DNA from: Squalus acanthias
Lineage: Eukaryota
Length of the DNA: 64,000 nt
NCBI GenBank assembly: GCA_030390025.1
Contig: JASTWF010000034.1
Coordinates: forward strand, 496,001-560,000
Direction: 5' to 3'
Shown: piece after piece, positions 22,815 through 36,700 of the stretch
Numbering within the stretch: position 1 is the first letter of the stretch
Layout: every line of letters starts with the position of its first letter
Notes under the pieces: generated by a model
Database searches by the model: none
The model's input: only the letters and a program-made list of their open reading frames with translations
Told to the model about the DNA's origin: nothing
Translations under genes and position numbers: made by a program

Positions 22815-23160
22815 AATCATAGTATGACGCAGCACAGTAGGAGACCATTCGGCCCATCATGTCCGTGTTGTCTCTTTGAAAGAGCTATCTAAATAGCCCT
22901 ACTCTTTAGCCAGAGCCCTGTAAATCTTCCAGTTCTACTAATTAACCAATTCCCTTTCGAAAGTTATTATTAAATCTGCTTTCATCATGTTCTCAGACAG
23001 GGCATTCCAGATCACAACAACTCACTGCATAAAGAAAATTCTCCTCATCTCTCCTCCGGTTCTTTTACCAATTACTTTAAATCTGTGCCCTCTGGTCACC
23101 CACCATTCTGCCAGTGGAAACTGACTTACTCTATCAAAAGACAGCATGATTTTTTAACAT
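22815..23160 (-). mobile_element. CR1 3' end fragment
   Basis: agaatcatag...ccattcggcccatc and aaattctcctcatctc, the reverse complement of a CR1 3' region. Confidence 0.7.
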
Positions 23161-23179
23161 CTATATTGAATGTCCCCTT

Positions 23180-25218
23180 TTGGACAAAAGGACACAGATA
23201 GATCAGGTGTAAAAGTTCTCAATTGGGGAAAGGCCAATTTTACTAAGCTGAGATGTGATTTTACAAAAGTGGACTGGAAACAGCTACTTGATGGGAAATC
23301 AGTGTCAGAGCAATGGGAGGCAGTCAAAGAGGAGATAGTCAGGGTTCAAAGCAACTATGTTCCCAAAAATAAAAAAGGAAGGAAGGGACTGCCAGATCTG
23401 GAGCCCCCTGGATGTCAACGAGCATACAGGGTAGGATAAGACAAAAAAGGGAAGTTATTGACAGATACCGTGAGCTCAATACAACAGAAAGCCGAGAGGA
23501 GTATAGAAAGTGCAGGGGTGAAATTAAAAAAAAGGATTGTAGGAAAGCACAGCGAAGGCATCAAAAATATTGGCAAGTAAAATCAAGGAAAACTCAAAGA
23601 TGTTTTATAAATACATAAAGAGCAAGAGGATAACCACGGAAAGGATAGGGCCTATTAGAGACCAAAAAGGTAATCTGTTTGTGGAGGTGGAAGATGTCGA
23701 GGTGGATGAGGGGACCAAATTTAATATATCCAAGTGTGCTTATGATACAAAGCTGGGTGGGAATGTAAGTTGTGAAAGGATGCAAGGAGACTTCAAGGAG
23801 ATATAGACAAGCTATGTGGGTGGGAAAGAACATGGCAAATGGAATATAATGTGGAGAAATGTGAAGTTATCCACTTTGGTCGGAAAAATAGAAAAGCAGT
23901 GTATTTTTTAAATGGTGAGAATTTGGGAAATGTTGATGTTCAGAGGGACCTGGGTATCCTTGTACATGAATCACTGCAAGTTAGCATGCAGGTACAGCAA
24001 GCAATTAGGAAAGCAAATGGTATGCTGGCCTTTATTACAAGAGGATTTGAGTATAAGCGTAACAACGTCTTACTGCCATTATATAGGGCCCTGGTGGGAC
24101 CACACCTGGAGTACTGTGCACAGTTTTGGTCTCCTGCTTTTTGTGGTATATATCAATGATTTAGATTTCAATGTTGGGGCCATGATTAAGAATTTTGCTG
24201 ATGATACAAAAAATTGCCATGTGGTTGATAGTGAGGAAGATAGCTGTAGACTGCAGGAAGAAAGCAAGGTACTGGTCAGGTGGGCAGAGAAGTGGCAAAT
24301 GGAATTCAATCCGGAGAATTGTAAGCTAATGCATTTGGGGAGGGATAACCAGGCAAGGGAATACAAAAAAAATGGTAGGACACAGGGAAGTGTGGAGGAA
24401 AAAAGGGACCTTGGAGTGCATGTGCACAGATCCCTGAAAGTAGACGACGTGTAGAAGAAAAGCAAGACTTGCTTTTGTATAGCGCCTTTCACGACCACCG
24501 GACAACTCAAAGTGCTTTACTGAAAATGAAGTACTTTTGGAGTGTAGTCACTGTTGTAATGATAGGGTCGTTAAGAAGGCATATGGCATACTTTGATTTA
24601 TTAGCCGAGGCATAGAATATGAGAGCAGGGAGGTTATGCTAGAACTGTATAAAACATTAGTTAGACCACAGCTAGAGCACTGTGCACAGTTCTGGTCACC
24701 ACATTACAGGAAAGATGTGATTACACGAGACACGTTATAGAGGAGATTTACGGGGATGTTGCCAGGACTGGAGAATTTTAGCTATGAAGAAAGATTGGAT
24801 ATGTTGGGGTTGTTTACTTTAGAACATAGGAGGCTGCGGGGAGATTTGATTGAGTTGTATAAAATTGAGAGGACTAGATAGAGTGGATAGGAAACAATTA
24901 TTTCCCATAGCAGAGAGATCAATAACCAGGGACATAGATTTAAAGTAATTATTAGAAGGATAAAAGGGGAGATGAGGAGAATTGTTTTCACCCAGAGGGC
25001 GGTGGGGACCTGGAACTGACTGCCTGAAAGAGGCGGAATGCCTCATCACATTTAAAAAGTACTTGGATATGCATGTCAAGTGCAGTAACCTGCAAGGCTA
25101 TGGACCAAGAGCTGTAAAGTGGGATTAGGCTGGATTGCTCTTTTTCGACCAGCGCAGTCACGATAGGCCGAATGTCCTCCTTTTGTGCCGTAAATTTCTA
25201 TGATTCTATAATTCTATG
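23180..25218 (+). mobile_element. Mosaic of CR1 ORF2 fragments with a nested SINE piece (~24455-24560)
   Basis: VLNWGKANF, FYKYIKSKR, ADDTK and MEFNPENC motifs. The RT C-terminal region occurs twice (23700-24135 and from 24135). (ttctatga)n-type tail. Confidence 0.85.
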
Positions 25219-25224
25219 TTTCTT

Positions 25225-25995
25225 AACATTCGCTGCTCTAAAAAGAACAATCCCAGCTTCTCCAGTCTCTCCATGTAACTGAAGTCCCAGATCCCTGGTA
25301 CCAATCTGGTAAATCTCCTCTACACGTTCTCTAATCCTTGACATGCTTGCCAAAGTGTGATTCTCAGAATTAGACGCAGTACTCCAGCTGAGGCCGAACC
25401 AATGATTTATAAAACGTTTGCATTTCTTTCTGGATTTTGTTACTCTGTGAATCTGTTTGCAAACCCAAGGACTCTGTATGCTTTATTAAAAGTCATCGCT
25501 ACTTGTCCTGCCACCATCAAAGGTTTGTGTAAGTACGCCCCAGGTCTCTCTGATCGTGCACCCGCTTTAAAATTGTACCGTTTAGTTTATATTGCCTCTC
25601 CTCTTGCTTTCTACCAAAATGTATCACTTTACCCTTTTCTGCGTTAAATTGTATCTGCCATGCGTCTGCCCATTTCACGAGTCTGTCGGTGTCCTCCTGA
25701 AGTATTTACTGCCCTTCTCGCTGTTTATTAACATTTCTGAGTTTCTTGTCATCTGCAGACTTCGAAATGATGTGCTGTGTAACCAAGTCCACAGCATTGA
25801 TATATATGAAATTAGCAATGGTCCCAACACCGACCCCTGGGGAACACCAGTGTAGACTGAGTCTGAAAAACAACCGTTTGCCACTACTCTCTGCTTTCTG
25901 TCTCTTAGCCAGTTTCTGAGCCATGCTGCCACTGCCACTGTAATCCCATTGGCTTCAATTTTGATCTTATGTGGTATTTTGTCGAGCACCTTTTT
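25225..25995 (-). mobile_element. CR1 RT fragment
   Basis: WLRNWLRDRKQRVVANG...GVPQGSVLGPLL (ORF 25675-26046). Confidence 0.85.
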
Positions 25996-26150
25996 GAAAA
26001 GATAGGAGGATTGGGAATTTATGAGCAGTAACAATCCTAGAGTCATACAATTAGTGAGCCAAGTTGTGAGACAATTTGTTTAGCGGAGCATGACGCCCCG
26101 CTCCGATCACAGGCCTCGCCTGGGTTCAATCAATGAATTACAAAATCTAT

Positions 26151-26933
26151 GGGCTGGATTTTGATACAGGGGCCGGTTGGGGTCATGTCATCCGCATTTC
26201 GGGTTATCCACCCGCCTGCAATTGGATGTGGGAGATTGATGCAATTTTCACTTAATTGGGCAATTGCGTTCCAGCATGTGGGAACCCATGAGCCAATTAA
26301 TGGTTTCAGTCTGAAAGTCGCCTCTGAAGAGGTCATCATTGCAGGTCAGAGACTGCCTGGTCTCAGAGATTGCCTGGCCTTTGCTGTGAGAGGACCTGGA
26401 TGCAAAATGAGCAGCATCTCAGAGAGAGAGAGAGAGAGAGAGATTTTTTTTTGCAATCAAGTCCTCCAAGGCAGTCTCTGAAGACATTCAATGCAGCAGC
26501 ATCAGAGGCGACATTCAGACCAAATACTACTACTACCTTCATCACAATACTACTACTACCTTCATCACAATACTAACTTCATCACATCTCCGTTGTAATA
26601 GTGGACCTGCAGCCGATAGTTAGCTATCCAATTGTGCTCCTGCCAGGTTTCACTGGCGTGTTTCACATCAGGCGTACTTCACGTCGGAAAAGGGTTAAAC
26701 TAGCTAAAACGTTTCAAAATGGCATTACAGAGCCAATTTAGCGCTTGTTAAGGGCTTTAATGGCCTCTCCCGCCTTTTGGAGGCGGGACGGAGTCGGGAA
26801 CCCCGCGACCGATTTTGTCAAAATTGCGTGGAGGTGGAATGGAGTCGGGATAGGGTCGGGACCCCCGAATCTGCAACTTTAACCCCCCACACGCCTCCAA
26901 ACCCGACTCCACGGGTCATTGAAAATCCATCCC
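26151..26933. mobile_element. Non-autonomous TIR element, PIF/Harbinger-MITE-like
   Basis: gggctggatttt at 26151 vs aaaatccatccc ending at 26933 (11/12 inverted match). No coding capacity and no clean TSD. Confidence 0.55.
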
Positions 26934-26974
26934 ATTGATTCTATTACTATTTTTTCTATCGATTTGTTCTCAGG

Positions 26975-27560
26975 CTAGGGGTGATGCTGTCAAGGTTGGT
27001 ATCACTTGCCCATCCCTAGTTACCCATGAGAAAATGGTGGGCCTTCATCTTGAGCCGCTGCAGTCCGTGTGGTGAAGGTGCTTCCACAATACTGTTACTG
27101 AAGGAATTTCAGGCTTTTGTCCCAGTGATGATGAAGGAACGGCGATATATTTGAAGGGTATGGTAGCATAGTGGTTAAGTAGCTGGACTAGAAAACCAGA
27201 AGCCTGGATAAATGATCAACAGATATGAGTTCAAATCCCACCAGCGGGGGAATTTAATTCAATGAATTAAACAAATCTGGAATAAAAAGCCAGTGTCAGT
27301 AATGGTAACCATGAAACTACCGAATTGTTGTAAAAACTCATCTGGGCCACTAATTTCCTTTGAAATGTGACTCCAGACCCAGTTTGATTCCTAACTGCCT
27401 CTGAAATGGCTTAGCAGGCCACCCAGTTGTATAAGGCGGCTCTCCACATCCTACTCAACGGCAATTAGGGAAGTACACACCGTGAATGAATAAATACATT
27501 GTCCAAGTCTAGATAGTGTGTGACTTGAAGGGGGACAATGGAGGTGATGGTGTTTTGTGC
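26975..27560 (-). mobile_element. 3' end of the second CR1/L2-group family, split by a SINE
   Basis: Colinear with 19885-20090 (gcccatccctagtt...ccgctgcagtccgtgtggtgaaggtgct...gatgaaggaacggcgata | tccaagtc...gtgtgacttg). Confidence 0.75.
27157..27495 (+). mobile_element. tRNA-derived SINE
   Basis: A box-like tagcatagtgg, B box-like agttcaaatcc, and a gtgaatgaataaa 3' end. Nested in the LINE tail. Confidence 0.7.
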
Positions 27561-27679
27561 TACTGTCAGAGCCGAATTCTAGCCGAATTCTAGCCCCTCC
27601 CCTGTGCCTCTTGTTCCCTTGATGCCAATTGTAGAAATCCACCTGTGGCCCTGACGGTAAAATACTAAACTGCTTCTAA

Positions 27680-28386
27680 TGAGTCTGTCCCGCGGTGTCT
27701 CCTTCTAGTGAGTGTTTCCCGCGGTGCGCCTCCTGCCAGTGAATGTGCCCCGCAGTGTCTCCTGCTAGTTAATGTGTCCCGCAGTGTCTCCTACCAGTAA
27801 GTGTGTCCCGCAGTGTCTCCTTCCAGTGAGTGTGTCCCGCAGTGTCTCCTTCCAGTGAGTGTGTCCCGCAGTGTCTCCTTCTAGTGAGTGTGTCCCGCAG
27901 TGTCTTCTTCCAGGGAGTGTGTCCCGCAGTGTCTCCTACCAGTGAATGTGTCCCACGGTGTCTTCTTCCAGTGAATGTGTCCCGCGGTGTCTCCTTCCAG
28001 TGAATGTGTCCCACGGTGTCTCCTTCCAGTGAGTGTGTCCCGCAGTGTCTCTACCAGTGAATGTGTTCCGCAATGTCTCCTTCCGGTGAGTGTGTCCCGC
28101 AATGTCTCCTTCCAGTGATGTGTCCCGCGGTGCATCTCCTTCCAGTGACTGTGTCCCGCAGTGTCTCCTTCCAGTGAGTGTGTCCCGCAGTGTCTCCTTC
28201 CTGTGAGTGTGTCCCGCGGTGTTTCCTTCCAGTGAGTGTGTCCCGCAGTGTCTACACCAGTGAAGGTGTCCTGCAGTGTGTCCTTCCAGTGAATGTGTCC
28301 CGCAATGTCTCCTTCCAGTGAGTGTGTCCCGAGGTGTCTTGTTCCAGTGAGTGTGTCCCTCGGTGTCTCCTTCCAGGGAATGTGTC
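27680..28386. repeat. Satellite C, 29 bp unit, left block
   Basis: Unit ccagtgagtgtgtcccgcagtgtctcctt. Period of 29 at 27781, 27810 and 27839. Confidence 0.95.
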
Positions 28387-31300
28387 ATAGAAACATAGAA
28401 ACATAGAAAATAGGTGCAGGAGTAGACCATTCGGTCCTTCGAGCCTGCACCGCCATTTAATGCGTTCATGGCTGAACATGCAACCTCAGTACCCCATTCC
28501 TGCTTTCTCGCCATGCCCCTTGATCCCACTAGTTGTGAGTATTATATCTAACTCCCTTTTGAATATATTTAGCGAACTGGCCTCAACAACCTTCTGTGGT
28601 AGAGAATTCCACAGATTCACCACTCTCTGGGTGAAGAAGTTCCTCCTCATCTCAGTCTTAAATGGCTTCCCCTTTATCCTTAGACTGTGACACGTGGTTT
28701 TAGTTTCCCCTAACATTGGAAACATTCTGCCCGCATCTAATTTGTCTAAACCAGTCAGGATTTTAAACGTCTCTATAAGATCCCCCCTCATTCTTCTGAA
28801 CTCCAGAGGATACAAGTTCAGTTGATCCAGTCTTTCTTGATATGTCAGTCTGGCCATCCCAGGAATCAATCTAGTGAACCTTCGTTGCACTCCCTCAATA
28901 GCAAGAATGTCCTTCCTCAAGTTGGAGACCAAAACTGCACACAATACTCCAGGTGTGGCCTCACCAAGGCCCTGTACAACTGTAGCATCACCTCCCTACT
29001 CCTGTACTCAAATCCCCTTGCTATGAAGGCCATCATGCCATTTGCTTTCTTGACTACCTGCTGCACTTGCCTTCCCACCTTCAGTGACTGATGTACCATG
29101 ACGCCCATGTCTCGTTGCACCTCCCCTTTCCCTAATCTGCCAACATTCAGGTAATAGTCTGCCTCCCTATTTTTACCACCAAAGTGGATAACCTCACATT
29201 TATCCACATTGTACTTCATCTGCCATACATTTGCCCATTCACCCAACCTGTCCAAGTCACTCTGTAGCCTCCTAGCATCCTCCTCATTGTTCACACTGCC
29301 TCCCAATTTAGTTTCATCCGCAAATTTGGAGATATTACAATTAAGCCCTTCGTCCAAATCATTAATATATAATGTAAACAGCTGGGGCCCCAGCAACGAA
29401 CCCTGCGGTACCCCGCTGGTCACTGCCTGCCATTCTGAAAAGTACCCATTTACTCCTACTCTTTGTTTCCTGTGTGCCAACCAGTTCTCAATCCACGTCA
29501 ACACATTACCCCCAATCCCATGTGCTTTAACTTTGCACACCAATCTCTTGTGTGGGACCTTGTCGAAGGCCTTCTGAAAGTCCAAATACACCACATCTAC
29601 TGGTTCCCCCCGTCCACCCTTTTGGAAACATCCTCAAAAAATTCCAGAAGATTTGTCAAGCATGATTTCCCTTTCACAAATCCATGCTGACTTGGACCTA
29701 TCATGTCGCCACTTTCCAAATGGTCTGTTATGACATCTTTAATAATTGATTCCATCATTTTACCCACCACCGATGTCAGGCTGACCGGTCTATAATTCCC
29801 TGCTTTCTCCCTCCCTCCTTTTTTAAAAAGAGGGGTTACATTAGCCAACCTCCACTCCTTCGGAACTGATCCAGAGTCTAAGGAATGTTGGAAAATGATC
29901 GTCAAATGCATTCACTATTTCCAAGGCCACCTCGTTAAGTACTCTGGAATGCAGACCATCAGGCCCTGGGGATTTATCAGTCTTCAGTCCCATCAATTTC
30001 CCCAACACCTTTACCCGACTGATAAGGATTTCCCTCAGCTCCTCCCTCTTACCAGATCCTTTGATCTCTTTTATTTCCGGAAGGTTGTTTGTGTCCTCCA
30101 AAGTAAACAGCGAACCAAAGTACTTGTTCAATTGATCTGCCATTTCTTTGTTCCCCATTATGACTTCCCCTGTTTCTGACTGCAGGGGACCTACGTTTGT
30201 TTTTACTAACCTCTTTCTTTATACATATTTATAGAAGCATTTGCAGTCCGTTTTAATGTTCTCCGCAAGCTTCCTTTAATATTTTATTTTCCCTGCCCTA
30301 ATCAAACCCTTCGCCCTCCTCTGCTGAGTTTTAAAGTTCTCCCAGTCCCCGGGTTTGCTACTACTTCTGGCCAATTTGTATGCCACTGCCTTGCTTTTAA
30401 TACTATCCCTGATTTCCCTTGTTAGCCATGGTTGAGCCACCTTCCCTTTTTTATTTTTACGCCAGACAGGGATGTACAATTGCTGTAGTTCATCCATGCG
30501 ATCTCTAAATGTCTGCCATTGCCCTTCCACTGATAACCCCTTAAATATCGCTTGCCAATCTAACCTCGCCAATTCACGCCTCATACCCTCAAAGTTGCCC
30601 TTATTTAAGTTCTGGACCATGGTCTCTGAATTAACTGTTTCCTTCTCCATCCTAATGTAGAACTCCACCATAATATGGTCACTCTTCCCCAAGGGGCCTC
30701 GCACTACAAGATTGCTGATTAGTCCTTCCTCATTACACAACACCCAGTCCAGGATGGCCGCCCCTCTAGTTGGTTCCTCAACATATTGGTTTAGGAAACC
30801 ATCCCTTAAACACTCCAGGAATTCCTCCTCCACCGTATTACTTCCAGTTTGAGTAGCCCAATCTATATGCATATTAAAGTCACCCATGATAACTGCTGCG
30901 CCTTTTTTGCATGCACCTCTGATTTCCTGTTTCATACCCTCCCCCACCTCACTACTACTGTTTGGAGGTCTGTACACAACCCCCACTACCGTTTTCTGCC
31001 CTTTGGTGTTCTGCAGCTCAACCCATATTGATTCCACATCCTCCAAGCTAATGTCCTTGCTAGCTATTGCATTAATCTCCTTTTTAACCAGCAATGCTAC
31101 CCCACCCCCTTTTCCTTTTATTCTATCCTTCCTGAATGTTGAATACCCCTGGATATTCAGTTCCCAGCCTTGATTGTTCTGGAGCCACGTCTTTGTAATC
31201 CCAATCACATCATATCCGTTAACATCAATTTGCACAGTCAATTCATCCACCTTATTACGGATACTCCTTGCATTAAGACACAGAGCCTTTAGGCTTGTTT

Positions 31301-31936
31301 TATTAACACCCTTTGCCCTTTTAGACTTATGATTTAGTATGGCCCTTTGTGTTTCTTGCCTTTGTTTAATCGGATTTCCCTTATTGTTTCTCACCCTTCC
31401 AACATTTGTTTCTGACTGCATATTACTTCCCCCTGTTTCGCTACATAGGTTCCCATTCCCCTGCCATATTAGTTTAAATCCTCCCGAACTGCCTTAGCAA
31501 ATATTACCCAGAGGACATCGGTTCCAGTCCTGCCAAAGTGCAGACCGTCCCTTTTTAACAGGTCCCACTTCCCCCAGAACTGGTTCCAATGCCTCAGGTA
31601 TTTGAATCCCTCCCTCCTGCACCACTGCTCAAGCCACGTATTTAATCTCGCTATCCTGTTCATGCTACTCTGATTAGCACGTGGCACTGGTAGCAACCCA
31701 GAGATTACTGCCTTTGAGGTCCTACTTTTCAATTTAGCTCCTAGCTCCCTAAATTCTGCTTGTAGGACCTCTTCCTCTCTTTTTACCTATATCGTTGGTA
31801 CCTACATGCACCACGACAGCTGGCTCTTCACCCTCCCTTTCCAGAATGTCCTGCAGCCGCTCCGAGAAATCCTTGACCCTTGCACCAGGGAGGCAACATA
31901 CCATCCTGGAATCTCGGTTGCGGCCACAGAAACTCC
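28387..31936 (-). mobile_element. CR1 LINE with complete but frameshifted ORF2 and ORF1 esterase C-terminus
   Basis: APE domain (LCLNARSIRNK, GGGVALL, YRPP, MGDFN, SDH; ORF 30276-31421), RT (YLDFQKAFDKV, GVPQGS, KFADET), ORF1 SGNH-like DGLH and a (catagaaa)n tail. Confidence 0.96.
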
Positions 31937-32925
31937 TGTCTCCTTCCAGGGAGCGTGTCCCGCGGTGTCTCCTTCCAGTGAGTGTGTCCCGCAGTGTCTC
32001 CTTCCAATGAATGTGTCCCGCGGTGTCTCCTTCAGTGAGTGTGTCCCGCGGTGTCTCCTTCCAGTGATTGTGTCCCGCGGTGTCTCATTCCAGTGAATGT
32101 GCCCCGCGGTGTCTCAAAACAGTGAATGTGTCCTGAGGTGTCTCATTCCAGTGAGTGTGTCCCGCAGTGTCTCCTTCCAGTGAGTGTGTCCCGCAGTGTC
32201 TCCTTCCAGTGAGTGTGTACCGCGGTGTCTCCTTCCAGTGAGTGTGTGCCGTGGTGTCTCCTTCCAGTGAGTGTGTCCCGCAGTGCCTCCTTCCAGTGAG
32301 TGTGTACCGCGGTGTCTCCTTCCAGTGAGTGTGTGCCGTGGTGTCTCCTTCCAGTGAGTGTGTCCCGCGGTGTCTCCTTCCAGTGAGTGTGTCCCGCGGT
32401 GTCTCCTTCCAGTGAGTGTGTCCCGCAGTGTCTCCTTCCAGTGAGTGTGTCCCGCGGTGTCTCCTTCCAGTGAGTGTGTCCCGCATTGTCTGCTTCCAAT
32501 GATTGTGTCCCGCGGTGTCCCCTTCCAGGGAATGTATCCCGCAGTGTCTCCTTCTAGTGAGTGTGTCCCATGGTGTCTCCTTCCAGGGAATGTGTCCTGC
32601 AGTGTGTCCTTCCAGTGAGTGTGTCCCACAGTGTCTCCTTCCAAAGGGAATGTGTCCCGCAGTGTCTCCTTCTAGTGAGTGTGTCCCGCGGTGTCTCCTT
32701 CCAGTGAATGTGTCCTGCAGTGTGTCCTTCCAATGAGTGTGTCCCACGGTGTCTCATTCCAGTGAGTGTGTCCCGCAGTGCTGCCTTCCAGTGAATGTGT
32801 CCTGCGGTGTCTCCTTCCAGTGAGTGTGTCCCGCAGTGTATCTCTTTCCAGTGAGTGTGTCTCGCGTTGCGTCTTCTTCCAGTGAGTGTGTCCTGCGGTA
32901 TGTCTCCTTTCAGTGAGTGTGTCCC
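31937..32925. repeat. Satellite C, 29 bp unit, right block
   Basis: Same unit as 27680-28386. Confidence 0.95.
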
Positions 32926-35900
32926 GTAGAAGCTATGGACCCAGGAGCGAGGACCAGGACGGGGCCCAGGAGCGAGGTCGGGAACCAGGAGTGGCGCAGT
33001 GTGGACCAGCAGCGGGTTCGGGAGGACCACAATGCAGCCCATGAAACCAAGGCAGAGAGGACCTGCGGGAAGGAGGGAGGGGGGCAGTAGTGATGGGTTT
33101 GTGTGTGCGTACTATGCCGATGTAGCAGAGCCTGGTCTCCAATCTTCTTGGAACCCCTTGCCATTGAACCAAGACTTTGCTCTTTCAAGCCAATGTGGTA
33201 GCTCGTGTGCAAGGGCCACCCCACCTTAAAAGAATTCACGCACAGGCATCTTCCACTCTTTAAAATGAAGTTCGGGACCTGGAACATCAGTACCCTCATG
33301 GATAACCCCTTCAGTGACAGACTGGAACGCCGTACTGCTACTGTTGCCCGGGAGCTCAGACGTTTCGACATAGACATCGCTGCCTTAAGCAAGGGCCGGC
33401 GGGCAGGGGAAGGCCAGCTCAAGGAGCAAAGCGGTGGTTACACTTTCTTCTGGAAAGGCAAACCTGAAGAAGAACGCTGACTCCATGGGGTAGGCTTAGG
33501 CCTTTTGGAATAAAGGAACGTCTCATGACGCTACAGCTCACCCTAGCCAGGAACCAGTGCGCTACGGTCATCAGTGCGTACGCCCCAACACTGGGAGCCA
33601 CAGATGAGACCAAAGAGGTATTCTACTCCAGCCTCGAACAATCCCTGTCCCGAGTCCCAACGGGCGACAAGCTGATCCTCCTTGGCGACTTTAACGCCAG
33701 AGTTGGAAAAGACACAGCCCTCTGTGAACGTGTGATCGGCAGAGTGAAGGTAGGGAAAGCCAACTCCAACGGTACCCTCCTCCTGAGGAAATGCTTAGAA
33801 CATGGCCTTTTCATAATCAACAGCTTGTTTCGTCAGAGAGACAAGTACAAGGCTTCATGGCAGCACCCTCGCTCCAAGCACTGGCATCGGCTGGACTACA
33901 TCATTGTCCTAGCGAGGGACCGCAAGAGCGTCCGCATGACCCACGCCATGATAGGAGCTGACGGCTGCTGGACAGACCACTGTCTAATCCACTGTGTCAT
34001 CTCTATCAACGTAGCCCCTAAACAGTGGCGGCAACAGAAGCAATACCACAGGAATATCAACACTGGAGCACTCAAAGACCCTGCTAAGAAAGCCCTATTC
34101 ATCTTGCGCCTCACAACCAAACTGACAACTCCCAGTGATTCAGAGACACAGTGTCCACAGCGCCTGGTCTGCACTGAAGGCCTCCATAATCAGCACCTAT
34201 TAAGAGACGCTCGGTCACTCGACCAGGAAACATCAAGACAAGTTCAATGAGAACAACCAGGAGAATCATGAGCTAATAAGCCGCAAGCGCAAGGCATTCC
34301 TGATCTGGAAACAGCAAGAGAACTCGAGAGCAAGAAAGCAGCTCTACAGACACCGGAAGGCCGAGGTCCAACAAAAACCTCGCGACCTAAAGAACAGATG
34401 GTGAGTGGAGAAAGCGCAGGAGATCCAGCAGCTAGCCGACAACCACGACGTGCGCGGATTCTTTAGCGCATTCAATACCACCTACGGCCCAAGCACGCAA
34501 GGTCCTACCCCAATGCGGGTCAAGAACGGAGAGCTACTCATCAAGGACAGAGACGTAGTCAGTGCCCGCTAGAAGGAGCACTTTGAAGATCTCCTTCACC
34601 GAGACTCTGTCTTCGACGCGAGTGTCCTCAACTCCATCCCGCAGCATACTACACGGCATCACCTCAGCACAACCTCAGTCCGGCATGAGGTTGAAAAGGC
34701 CATCCGACAACTGAAGAATAACAAGGCCTCAGGAGCAGATGGAATCCCCGCCGAGGCGCTAAAACATGGCGGAGAAGCACTATTGACACGAATACATCAA
34801 CCCGTTTCTCTTATTTGGAAGGAGGAGGGCATGCCAAGGGATCTCAGAGACCCCGTAATCGTGATCATCTTCAAGAAAGGTGACAAATCCGATTGCGGTA
34901 ATTACAGAGGAGTCTCCCTGCTGTTTGCCACAGGGAAAGTCATCACAAGAATCCTCCTCAATCGCAATCTCCCAGTGGCTGAAGAGCTCCTCCCTGTGTT
35001 GCAATGCGGGTTCCGCCCACTATGGGGCACAATGGACATGATCTTCACCCAGCGTCAACTACAAGAGAAAGGCAGGGAACAGCACCAACCGCTGTACATG
35101 GCCTTCTTTGACCTCACAAAGGCCTTCAACACAATCAACCATGAGGAATTATGGAGTGTCCTCCAAAAATTCGGCTGCCCTCAAAATTTTTCAACATCCT
35201 CCACCTGCTTCACGACAACATGCAAGCCGTGATCCTGACCAACAGATCCACCACAGACTCAATTCACGTACGGAACGGGGTCAAGCAAGACTGTGTCATC
35301 GCACCAACGCTGTTCTCGATCATCCTGGCTGCAAAATTCCATCTCACCCTCAGTAAGCACCCCGCTGGAATGGAGCTAATCTACAGAACAAACGGGAAAA
35401 TGTTCAATCTCCGTGGCCTCCAGTACAAATCCAAGGTCGTCCCATCCTCTGTCATCGAATTGCATTATCCAGACGATGCTTGCATCTGCGCACACTCGGA
35501 GGTCGAACACCTAACCATCGTCAACACCTTCAACGAAGCGTACGAAAGCATAGGCCTGACACTAAACATCCGTAAGACAAAGTCCTCTTCCAACCTGCCC
35601 CCGTCGCGCAGTACTGCTCCCCGATTATCAAAATCCACAACGAGGCCTTGGACAACGAGGACGACATTTCATACCTCAGGAGCATACTGTCAACAAGGGC
35701 AGATATCGATGACAAGTCCAACACCGCCTTCAGTGTGCCAGTGCAGGCTTCGGTCGCGTGAAGAAGACAGTGTTTGGAGACCAAGACCTCAAACCGAAGA
35801 CCAAGCTCATGGTCTACAGAGCAGTAGTAATACTCGCCCTCCTGTATGCTTCAGAGACATGGACCATGTACAGCAGGTACCTCAAAGCACTGGAGAGGTA

Positions 35901-36475
35901 CCATCAACGCTGCCTCCACAAGATCCTGCAAATCCATTGGCAGGATAGGCGCACCAACGTCAGTGTTTTCGCTCAGGCCGGCATAGAAGCTTTGACCATG
36001 CTCGATCAGCTCCGATGGACGGGCCATATCTTCTGCATGCCCCATACAAGACTACCAAACCAAGTGCTCCACTCGGAGCTCCGACATGGCAAGAGACCAC
36101 CAGATGGTCAGAGGAAACGCTTCAAGGACACCCTCAAAGCCTCCTTGAAAAAGTGTAACATCCCCACGGACACCTGGGAATCCTTGGCCCAAGATCGCAC
36201 AAAGTGGAGGCGACGCAGCCGGGAAGGCACCAAACACCTCGAGTCTCTTCGCCGGGAGCAAGCAGAAGCCAAGCACAAACAGCGGAAAGAGCGCACGTCA
36301 ACCCAAGCAACCCAACCACCCGCCCCTTCAACCACCGTCTGCCCTAGCTGTGACAGAGACTGTAAGTCGCACACTGGACTCATCAGTCACCTGCTATCTC
36401 ATTTTTAGTGTGGAAGCAAGTTATCCTCGGTTCCGAGGCACTGCCAAAGAAGAAGAAGAAGAAGGAGAAGAAGAA
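32926..36475 (+). mobile_element. RTE-clade (BovB-like) LINE, near full length, decayed
   Basis: ORF from ATG 33265 (MKFGTWNISTLMD), APE motifs (SAYAPT, LGDFNARVG, TDH), RT motifs (QCGFR, FFDLTKAF, GVKQ), C2H2 finger ending 36408 and a (gaa)n tail. Several stops and frameshifts. Confidence 0.96.
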
Positions 36476-36529
36476 AATACTAAACATAAACAAGCTAACG
36501 TTTGGCATTTTCAGGACGCAAATTCTTTA

Positions 36530-36700
36530 CTGGATACTTGTCAATGAGTGGGTGCTGAACACGTGGATGTGATTTTTAAAATTGAGGCATTGCCGGACCG
36601 GGAGCCAAGGGAGACAATGTAGGTCAGCGAGCACAGGGGTGATGGGTGAACGGGACTTGGTGCGAATTAGGACACGGACATCAGAGTTTTGGATGAGACA
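36530..36700 (-). mobile_element. L2 LINE ORF2 C-terminal fragment
   Basis: RTKSRSPITPVLADLH.LPWLPV...FK on the minus strand (ORF 36527-36757). Confidence 0.7.

Noticed and set aside
27769..32747. His/Thr-rich ORFs (GHTHWKETLRDTLTGRRHCGTHSLEGD)
   Set aside because: Translations of satellite C.
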